NCBI GenBank assembly: GCA_964573545.1
Contig: CAZNJQ010000017.1
Coordinates: 1-13,844, forward strand
Origin: an uncultured Candidatus Saccharibacteria bacterium
GTDB taxonomy: Bacteria; Patescibacteriota; Minisyncoccia; Phycocordibacterales; UBA2135
Length of the DNA: 13,844 bases
Direction of reading: 5' to 3'
Shown piece after piece: positions 1-6,542 of this stretch. The stretch's first letter is position 1. Each line of letters begins with the position of its first letter. The notes below the pieces were generated by a model that saw only the letters and a program-made list of their open reading frames with translations, was not told where the DNA came from and did not search any database. The translations under genes were made by a program, and so were the position numbers.

Positions 1-27
1 GCAGAGGATGTGTTTTTGAAAGTACTT

Positions 28-106
28 CCCAGGGCATACACGAGGCCTCCCCACAACACTATCTTTATATTTATAAAATAACGGGAGGCCTCATGCGTGC
101 CCTGGA
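28..106. repeat. Imperfect inverted repeat (arms 28-51 and 83-106) around an A+T-rich 31-nt spacer
   Basis: Left arm is cccagggcatacacgaggcctccc and right arm is gggaggcctcatgcgtgccctgga, 20 of 24 positions complementary by hand alignment. The spacer is cacaacactatctttatatttataaaataac. Read outward, each arm starts GGGAGGCCTC (SD-like). Confidence 0.6.
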
Positions 107-528
107 GAAGCGCACCCGTTTGACGGCCCATTCAATCCGGGAGTATCCTTGGTTGAACGGGCTGCCAAATGTGGTTGTCCGCAACTCAAGATAGAGAGAC
201 AGTCATGAACATGGAAACCGCGGTTGCAAAGACCGCTCTCAAGTCCACGATTCCGCAAGCCGAAACGCATGAGCGCGACACACCCACGCCGCCGCCTAAG
301 GGCTTCGTTGGCCTGACGGACGGATGCTTCTACCCGTCCCGCGCGGCCTGGCTCGAGGCGCTCGAGGGCGCTCGCTAGTTCGGCGTCGGCCAACTGCAAC
401 CCCAAACCGCGGAGAGTTCACATGACAGCATTTCTGTGTACATAGTCCGTCGGGCGCCACCGGCGGACAGAACCATAGCGCCTATTGGCACGGCGCAAGA
501 GCGCACAAGAACGCTCTACTCGAAACCT

Positions 529-558
529 GGACAAGCTTCGGCTTGTCCTTTTCTTTTT
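529..558 (+). terminator. Rho-independent terminator (8-bp stem, UUCG loop, T-run)
   Basis: ggacaagc-ttcg-gcttgtcc followed by ttttcttttt. Confidence 0.8.
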
Positions 559-614
559 GGGAGGTTTTTATATACTCTTCAATGAAGACGGCATATCGGT
601 CGCATCAATGATAT

Positions 615-632
615 GCGCGCTTAGCTCAGTTG
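615..632 (+). pseudogene. tRNA-like 5' fragment (acceptor 5' strand plus D-stem/loop start only)
   Basis: gcgcgcttagctcagttg shares cttagctcagttg with the intact tRNA-Val at 742. No matching anticodon arm, T arm or 3' acceptor strand follows. Confidence 0.3.
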
Positions 633-718
633 TCCCGATTTTGCTCAAATCTTTGATTTGATTACAAAATCGAGGATCCCGATGCTCTACAAAATAAAAA
701 TTTTATAGAGCATCGGGA
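633..718 (+). other. Two abutting long hairpins, both opening with tcccgat
   Basis: Hairpin 1 (633-676) pairs tcccgatttt with aaaatcgagga (one bulge) and has an inner caaatc/gatttg stem. Hairpin 2 (677-718) pairs tcccgatgctcta with tagagcatcggga (13 bp, A/T loop). Confidence 0.6.
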
Positions 719-741
719 GTAAGGTATCTCGTTAGAAATTT

Positions 742-817
742 GGGCACTTAGCTCAGTTGGTAGAGCAACGCATTTACACTGCGAAGGTCGGGGGTTCAAG
801 TCCCTCAGTGCCCACCA
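742..817 (+). tRNA. tRNA-Val (anticodon UAC), CCA encoded
   Basis: Hand-folded cloverleaf: acceptor GGGCACT/AGTGCCC, D arm GCTC-AGTTGGTA-GAGC, anticodon loop TTTACAC, T arm GGGGG-TTCAAGT-CCCTC, discriminator A plus CCA. One A-A mismatch at 27-43. Confidence 0.9.
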
Positions 818-826
818 TCGGTATTT

Positions 827-1108
827 ATGGAAAACCTCAAAGAAATTCGTTGCCGCATCTCCGGGAGGGTGCAGATGGTCATGTTTCGCGATTTTGTGCA
901 GAGAAAAGCGCGCGCATTAGATGTTGTCGGGACAGTGGAGAACAAAGACGACGGCACGGTCTCGGTTATCGCTCAGGGCCTGGAAGAAAATCTCCAAAAG
1001 CTGATAGAACATCTCCATAAGGGCCCGTTTCTTGCGCGCATCGCCCGGGTTGACGTGGAGTGGCACGAGCCAGCGGGAAAATTTCAAGGCTTCAAGATCA
1101 TCTACTAA
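827..1108 (+). CDS. acyP: Acylphosphatase
   Basis: 93 aa, the typical size. It carries the N-terminal phosphate-binding motif ISGRVQMVMFRDF (family pattern V-x-G-x-V-Q-G-V-x-F-R). The ATG lies 9 nt after the tRNA-Val CCA. Confidence 0.85.
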   Translation: MENLKEIRCRISGRVQMVMFRDFVQRKARALDVVGTVENKDDGTVSVIAQGLEENLQKLIEHLHKGPFLARIARVDVEWHEPAGKFQGFKIIY

Positions 1109-1125
1109 TTCTTAAATCTAAGACC

Positions 1126-1803
1126 ATGGTTCCCCAGTGTATCGGCATTATTATGGACGGCAATCGTCGTTGGGCGCGTGCCCGAGGCATGTCTTCTTTT
1201 GAAGGCCATCGGGCAGGAAAAGAAAAACTTAAAGAAGTGATGGAGTGGGTGAAGGAAGCAGGCATTCCACACCTTGTCGTATATGCGTTTTCAAGCGAGA
1301 ATTGGAACCGGACAAAGGAGGAAGTCGGGTATCTCATGGATTTACTCCGACTTGTTTTTTCAAAAGAACTTCCGGAGTTTATAAAGAAAGAGGTGCGGAT
1401 ACGGTTTGTGGGCGAGCGGAGCCGTCTTCCTTGGGACGTAGAGGAGGTTCTTCGTACAGCAGAGAAAGAAACAGAGGAGTTTTCGGCGCATACGCTGTGG
1501 ATAGCGCTCTCGTATGGCGGCAGGGATGAAATCGTACATGCGACGAACTCAATTCTCGACCTGAAATCAGACAAGCCGGTGACGGAAGAAGTATTTTCTC
1601 GGTATCTTTTCACGGCAGGCATGCCCGATCCGGATTTAATTATCCGGACTGGCGGCGAGCGGCGGCTTTCGAATTTTTTGCCATGGCAGTCGGTGTACAG
1701 CGAGCTCTTCTTTGAAGACACGTACTGGCCGGATTTCGAAAAAGAAGACTTCACGCGCATTCTGAAAGAATTTGCGGGACGCGAACGGCGTCGGGGCGCG
1801 TAA
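1126..1803 (+). CDS. uppS: Undecaprenyl-diphosphate synthase (cis-prenyltransferase)
   Basis: Motifs IIMDGNRRWA, FSSENWNR and IRTGGERRLSNFLPWQ. Start moved to the ATG at 1126 (MVPQCIGIIMDGN...) because the track start at 1060 overlaps acyP. Confidence 0.92.
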   Translation: MVPQCIGIIMDGNRRWARARGMSSFEGHRAGKEKLKEVMEWVKEAGIPHLVVYAFSSENWNRTKEEVGYLMDLLRLVFSKELPEFIKKEVRIRFVGERSRLPWDVEEVLRTAEKETEEFSAHTLWIALSYGGRDEIVHATNSILDLKSDKPVTEEVFSRYLFTAGMPDPDLIIRTGGERRLSNFLPWQSVYSELFFEDTYWPDFEKEDFTRILKEFAGRERRRGA

Positions 1804-1812
1804 GAGTGACTT

Positions 1813-2553
1813 ATGAATCAGGAATCAGAAATCCAAACTGTATACGAGGACGAGAACATCCTTGCGATCAATAAACCCTCGGGTGTTCTTGTCCATGCCG
1901 CTGCCAGCGGGGTGGGAGGGAAAACAGTCGCCGACTGGGTTCTCGCGAAGTATCCGGGAATGAAAAATGTCGGAGAGCCAATGCGTTCGCCTAGGGGCGA
2001 TATCGTGCCGCGGCCCGGAATCGTACACCGCCTTGATAAGGATACGTCCGGCATTCTCGTGCTCGCAAAAAACCAAGAGACGTTTGAGCTTCTCAAAAAA
2101 CTTTTTACGGAGCGACGCATAGAAAAGGAGTACCGGGCAATCGTACACGGCGCTCTTAAAGAAAAAGAAGGTGTTATTGATCTTCCTATAGCGCGGAGCG
2201 CGAAAGATTTCAGAAGGAAGTCTGTACATCCTCGTGCGCGCGGCAGAAAACGAGAGGCGATAACACGCTACCGTGTCTTGGTAGGCGGCAAAGATTTCTC
2301 ATATCTCTCGGTGTTTCCGAAGACAGGGCGGACGCACCAGATACGGGTGCACCTCCAGGCACTCCAGCACCCGATTGTCTGCGACCCCATCTATGCGGGG
2401 AAGCGCCTCTGTCCCCCAGAAGTAGGGCGGCTCGGCCTTCACGCATACGCGCTCACGATACCTCTTCCGGGTGGCGTTATCCGCCTTGAAGCGCCGATTC
2501 CGGATGCGTTCGTGAGATTTTCCAAAGCTCATATATCGAAATTGTCTCAGTGA
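1813..2553 (+). CDS. RluA-family pseudouridine synthase (no S4 domain)
   Basis: Catalytic motif HRLDKDTSGILV, NKPSGVLVH near the N-terminus, and GRTHQIRVHL. Confidence 0.9.
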   Translation: MNQESEIQTVYEDENILAINKPSGVLVHAAASGVGGKTVADWVLAKYPGMKNVGEPMRSPRGDIVPRPGIVHRLDKDTSGILVLAKNQETFELLKKLFTERRIEKEYRAIVHGALKEKEGVIDLPIARSAKDFRRKSVHPRARGRKREAITRYRVLVGGKDFSYLSVFPKTGRTHQIRVHLQALQHPIVCDPIYAGKRLCPPEVGRLGLHAYALTIPLPGGVIRLEAPIPDAFVRFSKAHISKLSQ

Positions 2554-2585
2554 GCGCACGGTCGTGGCCGTTGCATTCCTGATTT

Positions 2586-2600
2586 CGGTATGGTATCGTA
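2586..2600 (+). promoter_or_regulatory. Candidate extended -10 promoter (TGgTATCGT) inside a 15-mer repeated exactly at 9808-9822
   Basis: cggtatggtatcgta lies 18 nt upstream of the rplS ATG. The identical 15-mer lies 33 nt upstream of the pup-like ORF. Confidence 0.35.
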
Positions 2601-2617
2601 CCCCTATTCTTAATTGT

Positions 2618-3079
2618 ATGAATTTTTCACCGGTTAACATTGCAGAGCGGAAAAAAATAGACATTCGGCCCGGGGACACAGTCCGCGTGTGGCAAAAGAT
2701 ACAGGAAAAAGACAAGACGCGGCTTCAGGCATTCCAGGGACTTGTGCTCGCGCGGAAGCGCGGGACGGAGCCGGGTGCAACATTCACCGTGCGAAAAATC
2801 GCATCCGGCGTCGGCGTTGAAAAAATTTTCCCGTTTTTCTCTCCGCTTATTGATAAGATTGAAATACTCCGCCGCTCAAATCCCCGGCGCTCAAAGCTCT
2901 ACTATATTCGCACCAAGACAGCGAAGGAAATAAAACGAAAGATGCGCGGCCTTGCGGAGTTCGTTCCCGTCGTACATACGAATGTTCCCGCAGAGGAGCT
3001 CGAGCGGGAGAAGGAGGGGGGTGCGCCTGCGGCATCGGCAGAAAACACGGACGTAGCGGTGGAGTCTTCAAAAAATTGA
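2618..3079 (+). CDS. rplS: 50S ribosomal protein L19 with a ~43-aa C-terminal extension
   Basis: RPGDTVRV...RLQAFQGLVLARKRG...TFTVRKIASGVGVEKIF...KLYYIR aligns with bacterial L19. Start set at the ATG at 2618 (MNFSPVN...). Confidence 0.92.
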   Translation: MNFSPVNIAERKKIDIRPGDTVRVWQKIQEKDKTRLQAFQGLVLARKRGTEPGATFTVRKIASGVGVEKIFPFFSPLIDKIEILRRSNPRRSKLYYIRTKTAKEIKRKMRGLAEFVPVVHTNVPAEELEREKEGGAPAASAENTDVAVESSKN

Positions 3080-3106
3080 CACCATATATAAGTGCGGCAC
3101 TATAAA

Positions 3107-3134
3107 AGAAAACGAGTCGACTCGTTTTCTTTTA
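3107..3134 (+). terminator. Rho-independent terminator after rplS (perfect 12-bp palindrome)
   Basis: agaaaacgagtc/gactcgttttct followed by ttt. An A-run upstream makes it potentially bidirectional. Confidence 0.75.
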
Positions 3135-3144
3135 TAATACGAGG

Positions 3145-3153
3145 TGGTAGTAT
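3145..3153 (+). promoter_or_regulatory. Candidate extended -10 element (TGgTAGTAT) for tRNA-Leu
   Basis: It ends about 20 nt upstream of the mature tRNA 5' end and resembles the TGGTA-type elements at 2591 and 9813. Confidence 0.3.
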
Positions 3154-3172
3154 ATTCTTGTGTTTAAGTACT

Positions 3173-3259
3173 GCGCGGGTGGCGAAATTGGTAGACGCAC
3201 TACCTTGAGGTGGTAGCGGAGGCAACTCCATGGAGGTTCAAATCCTCTCCCGCGCACCA
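3173..3259 (+). tRNA. tRNA-Leu (anticodon GAG), long variable arm, CCA encoded
   Basis: Acceptor GCGCGGG/CCCGCGC, anticodon stem CTACC/GGTAG with loop TTGAGGT, long variable arm CGGAGGCAACTCCAT, T arm GGAGG-TTCAAAT-CCTCT. Confidence 0.9.
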
Positions 3260-3260
3260 T

Positions 3261-3533
3261 ATGACAAACGAACGTTTTAAAAAAGAGAAGCAGTCCGCTC
3301 CGGAATACGGAGAAGCTCACGAATATAAGGGGTTTCAAGACGCGATAGACGAGGAGGCGCGAATCATGCGCGAAATCGAGCGCGTGTTCGCGACAGTGTC
3401 CGACCGGAACGAGGCGGAGAGAGTCGTGCTTGAGTTATGGGTTCCGCGCATTGAAGAGGCGATGCGCGAGAGCACTAAAGCTTTCCGCAGATGGCTTGAT
3501 GCGCTCACTAAGGCAAATGAAATCTCGGAGTAA
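3261..3533 (+). CDS. Hypothetical small protein (90 aa, or 55 aa if it starts at 3366)
   Basis: Open frame with helical, charged sequence. The ATG at 3261 is 1 nt after the tRNA-Leu CCA and has no SD. An internal ATG at 3366 is preceded by GAGGAGG at good spacing. The 3' end overlaps the murI start by 17 nt. No family recognised. Confidence 0.45.
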   Translation: MTNERFKKEKQSAPEYGEAHEYKGFQDAIDEEARIMREIERVFATVSDRNEAERVVLELWVPRIEEAMRESTKAFRRWLDALTKANEISE

Positions 3534-4353
3534 AGACGGAAGGAAACGCATCGGCGTTTTTGATTCCGGGTTTGGCGGACTTACCATCCTTAAGGGAATC
3601 GTACAGGAGCTTCCGAAGTACGATTACGTGTACCTTGGGGACACCGCGCGTACGCCATACGGGACGCGCTCACCCGAGGTTGTATACGAATTTACCAAAC
3701 AGGCGGTAGATTTTCTTTTTACTCACGGGAGCGAATTGATACTTTTTGCATGCAACACGGCATCAAGCGACGCGCTCCGCAAGATCCAACGTGAATATAT
3801 ACCGAAGCGGTATCCAGGAAAGAAAGTTCTCGGCGTCCTCATCCCGGCTGCCGAAGAAGCTGTTCGGGTGACGAAGCGCGGACGGATCGGCGTTATCGCG
3901 ACAGAAGGGACGGTGTTGTCGGATGCATTTCCGCGCGAGCTTTCAAAACTTGATTCCCGCATACGCGTTTTCCAGAAAGCATGTCCACTCCTTGTGCCGC
4001 TCATAGAAGCAGGAGAGCACCGAACTCCTGCTGCGCGGCTCATACTCAAAAACTATCTTCGTCCGCTTCTTTTAAAACACATAGACACGCTTATTTTAGG
4101 ATGTACGCACTATGGCATTATTGAGCGGGATATCAGGAAGATAACGGGCAAAAATGTGCGCATTATCTCCGAAGGGAGTGTCGTGCCGCGGAAATTAAAA
4201 AAGTATCTTGCAGGGCATAGCGATGTGGAACAGAAGCTCAGCAGAGGCGGGCACATCGCTTTTTATTCAACGGCCGCGACAAATAAATTTGAAAGGCTCG
4301 GAAGCGTGTTCTTCGGAAAAAAAATACACGTAAAAAGAGCAGCGCTTCTATAA
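3517..4353 (+). CDS. murI: Glutamate racemase
   Basis: IGVFDSGFGGLT, FACNTAS and LGCTHY catalytic-cysteine motifs. Start set at the ATG at 3517 (MKSRSKDGRKRIGVFDSG). Confidence 0.92.
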   Translation: MKSRSKDGRKRIGVFDSGFGGLTILKGIVQELPKYDYVYLGDTARTPYGTRSPEVVYEFTKQAVDFLFTHGSELILFACNTASSDALRKIQREYIPKRYPGKKVLGVLIPAAEEAVRVTKRGRIGVIATEGTVLSDAFPRELSKLDSRIRVFQKACPLLVPLIEAGEHRTPAARLILKNYLRPLLLKHIDTLILGCTHYGIIERDIRKITGKNVRIISEGSVVPRKLKKYLAGHSDVEQKLSRGGHIAFYSTAATNKFERLGSVFFGKKIHVKRAALL

Positions 4354-4475
4354 CGTGAAGGTGCACCCGGCGCACACCGATGCATTACTGCTCCTGCCGC
4401 AGCACTAATTCTCATAGCTGGACGGCGGGTGCATTTTGGTGAATAATACAAAACAGAACATTCTGCGGTACGGAG

Positions 4476-6389
4476 TTGTGTATCGTGGCAGATACGATAC
4501 TGAATACAGGCAAAGGCGAGGATTCTAAGGAATTTGAAAAAATCATAAAAGAAATTAAGGAGCTTGAAGATATCGTAGGGAAGGGCGAACACACGCCGGA
4601 AGAGAAAGAACGTATAGCGGTGCGGGTAAAAGAGCTACGAGATTCCGTTGTAGAGCTCGAAAGAATGCGGAAGCAGGACATGATACGTGCTGCGCAGGAT
4701 GTGCAGGAACTCGGGGGGGAGATGGCAGAGCAAGAGACGTTGATTGCGGATCTGGTGACGCGGCTTGCCGCACTGCAATCACAAAACCCCCATGGCTATG
4801 CCACGTTCGTGCGATTTATCGGCATGGAGAAGCCCGACCCTAACGCGAAAGAGCTGCCGGTCATCGAGGTTCGAGGGAATGACGGCAAACTTGCTCAGGT
4901 GTCCTTTTTGGTTAAAGAGGTTGACCCGAAGACGCTCAAATATGGACAACTGCTTATCGCCTCATGCGCAAGTGGGCCGAACCACATCATCGGAGTATCC
5001 GATGGATTCTCTGCCGACGGGAGCGAAGCGGTTGTCCGCGAACTTCTGGGAAGCGACAGAGAGGGCGTTCGTGTGCTGGTAACTATCGGCAGAGAGGATT
5101 CTGCCGAGAAAATAGTTGTCAGGCTCGCGTCAGGGGTCTTACAGGAATCTGTCGTCGAAGGCAGCCGCGTGCTTGTGGATGCGGATGCGAAACTTGTTTT
5201 TGAAGTTTTGCCGCCACAGAAGAGCACTGCGTATGTCGTAAGCGAAATGCCCTCAGTCACCTTTAAGGATATCGGCGGACACGATAGTCTCATCGCCGAG
5301 ATCGACCAAAAGATCGCATGGCCGATTTTGTATCCTGAGGTGTATGAAAAATTGGGGTTACCCGACGCAAAAGGATTCTGTCTTGAGGGTCCTCCTGGTG
5401 TCGGCAAGACGATGCTTGTGAAAGCGATCTTGAACCGTCTCTCGGAGCTCCTCGAGAAAAAGCACGGCGTGCCGGTTCACGGCCATTTCTTTTCGGTAGC
5501 GGGCCCCGAATTCCAGGTTAAGTGGGTTGGCGACACCGAGGAGAGAATGCGTAATCTGTTTAAAACCGCAAAAGAGGCGGCATCGCCGACTTCTCCCGCC
5601 ATTATATTTATTGACGAGGCGGAGTCGATTTTTCCGATTCGCGGATCAGGTATTTCGTCCGATACCGAGAAGACGAACGTTCCACAGTTCACGGCGCTTA
5701 TGGACGGCCTCACGAACCGTGGCAACGTCATCGTCATTTTGGCGACGAACAGAGTCGACCTTATGGACGGAGCGGTTATCCGCCCCGGCCGGTGCGACAA
5801 AAAAATATCCGTCTTGCGTCCCAACAAAGAGGCGGCGCGCGATATCTTCAAAAAATATCTTCTTCCGGGACACGTGCATCCAAAATATCTGGAACACTCG
5901 ATCTATGTTCCGAAAGACAGGAATGGAAGGCCGCGTCGCGGCGATGGAGGGAAAAAGATCGAACTACGACTTGATCGTAGCTCGACAAAGGCGGCGAATT
6001 ACTTGATCAGCGAGGCCGTCCGGAGAATGTATGACGAGCACATCAAAGAAAATCAATTTTTGTCCGTGAAATTTAAGGGCGAGAAAGAATGGACGCACCT
6101 CAGATACGGCGACTTTGCGAGTGGTGCCTTGATTGCGAATATCGTGGACCGCGCGAAGCATTATGCCGCGGCGCGCGTTATAACCACAGCTGAGTCAAAA
6201 GACAAAGCCTTGGGGGTCGAGAAAAAAGACCTCATGCGGGCGATCGAAGAAGTCTTCAGCGAGTTGCGTGCTCCGCAGACGCTGGGATTCCACGATTGGC
6301 TTGCGATCGAAGGCATCGGAAGAGGGAAACGCGTCGAAGATTACAAATTTATACCCGGCTGTGATACAATCGCCGAAGAAGACGATTAA
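4476..6389 (+). CDS. Mpa/ARC-type AAA+ ATPase (coiled coil, double OB, AAA module)
   Basis: N-terminal heptad-rich segment and an OB-like region. Walker A is GPPGVGKT and Walker B is IIFIDEAES. SSDTEKTNVPQFTALMDG, ATNRVDLMDGAVIRPGRCD and FASGALIANIVDRAK are collinear with mycobacterial Mpa. There is no in-frame ATG near the 5' end, so the start is TTG 4476 or, with better SD spacing, GTG 4485. The C-terminus is ...IPGCDTIAEEDD. Confidence 0.9.
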   Translation: MCIVADTILNTGKGEDSKEFEKIIKEIKELEDIVGKGEHTPEEKERIAVRVKELRDSVVELERMRKQDMIRAAQDVQELGGEMAEQETLIADLVTRLAALQSQNPHGYATFVRFIGMEKPDPNAKELPVIEVRGNDGKLAQVSFLVKEVDPKTLKYGQLLIASCASGPNHIIGVSDGFSADGSEAVVRELLGSDREGVRVLVTIGREDSAEKIVVRLASGVLQESVVEGSRVLVDADAKLVFEVLPPQKSTAYVVSEMPSVTFKDIGGHDSLIAEIDQKIAWPILYPEVYEKLGLPDAKGFCLEGPPGVGKTMLVKAILNRLSELLEKKHGVPVHGHFFSVAGPEFQVKWVGDTEERMRNLFKTAKEAASPTSPAIIFIDEAESIFPIRGSGISSDTEKTNVPQFTALMDGLTNRGNVIVILATNRVDLMDGAVIRPGRCDKKISVLRPNKEAARDIFKKYLLPGHVHPKYLEHSIYVPKDRNGRPRRGDGGKKIELRLDRSSTKAANYLISEAVRRMYDEHIKENQFLSVKFKGEKEWTHLRYGDFASGALIANIVDRAKHYAAARVITTAESKDKALGVEKKDLMRAIEEVFSELRAPQTLGFHDWLAIEGIGRGKRVEDYKFIPGCDTIAEEDD

Positions 6390-6410
6390 GTCACGGCCCC
6401 TTGAAAGAAA

Positions 6411-6440
6411 AACCCGCTTATGCAAGCGGGTTTTATTCTT
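6411..6440 (+). terminator. Rho-independent terminator after the ARC ATPase gene
   Basis: aacccgctt-atgc-aagcgggtt followed by ttattctt. Confidence 0.7.
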
Positions 6441-6542
6441 GGTGGCGGAGGCGGAGGCGGAATCACATTCCTGCTTTCTCTCTGCGAATCAAGATCCGGT
6501 ACTTACGCACGTGAGTACCCCTGTGGCTGGACGGAGGGAGCA

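Noticed and set aside
91-405. 104-aa minus ORF and 69-aa plus ORF (169-378) as ordinary genes
   Set aside because: They are mutually overlapping frames in a GC-rich stretch, with no family resemblance and no good SD for either listed start. They are kept only as part of the unexplained-region finding.
83-528. Identification of the GC-rich region as RNase P RNA, SRP RNA, 5S rRNA or tmRNA
   Set aside because: There is no GGAAAGUCC (P4) on either strand. ACAGAACC at 467-474 is not followed by the CGGCUUA-type strand. No SRP GGAA/GCAGCC motif pair, no tRNA-like termini, and only a short chance resemblance to 5S (CAUAGCGCC) without the rest of the molecule.
1060-1125. Upstream extension of uppS overlapping the acyP 3' end
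   Set aside because: The conserved UppS N-terminus begins at MVPQCIGIIMDGNRRWA (ATG at 1126). The extension is just the read-through frame across acyP.
1098-1760. 220-aa minus ORF antisense to uppS, and similar antisense ORFs (1818-2229, 2299-2715, 4895-5407, 10502-10888, 11852-12286 and others)
   Set aside because: All lie opposite strongly supported plus-strand genes and translate to low-complexity Ser/Arg/Pro-rich sequence.
2564-2617. Upstream extension of rplS (MAVAFLISVWYRTPILNC)
   Set aside because: It is not L19-like and overlaps the candidate promoter 15-mer. The ATG at 2618 gives a normal L19 N-terminus.
3210-3260. Track ORF start inside tRNA-Leu
   Set aside because: The first 17 codons are the tRNA-Leu 3' half read as protein.
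3430-3516. Upstream extension of murI
   Set aside because: It overlaps the preceding small ORF in another frame. Glutamate racemase homology starts at RIGVFDSGFGG, shortly after the ATG at 3517.
6420-6542. N-terminal extension of the dop-like ORF with a poly-Gly run, encoded by (ggcgga)x3 at 6444-6461
   Set aside because: The extension begins inside the ARC terminator hairpin. The conserved family N-terminus (KIILGAETEYG) starts right after the ATG at 6543, which has a strong GGAGGGAG SD. The hexamer triplet is a small intergenic tandem repeat with nothing further to support a function.
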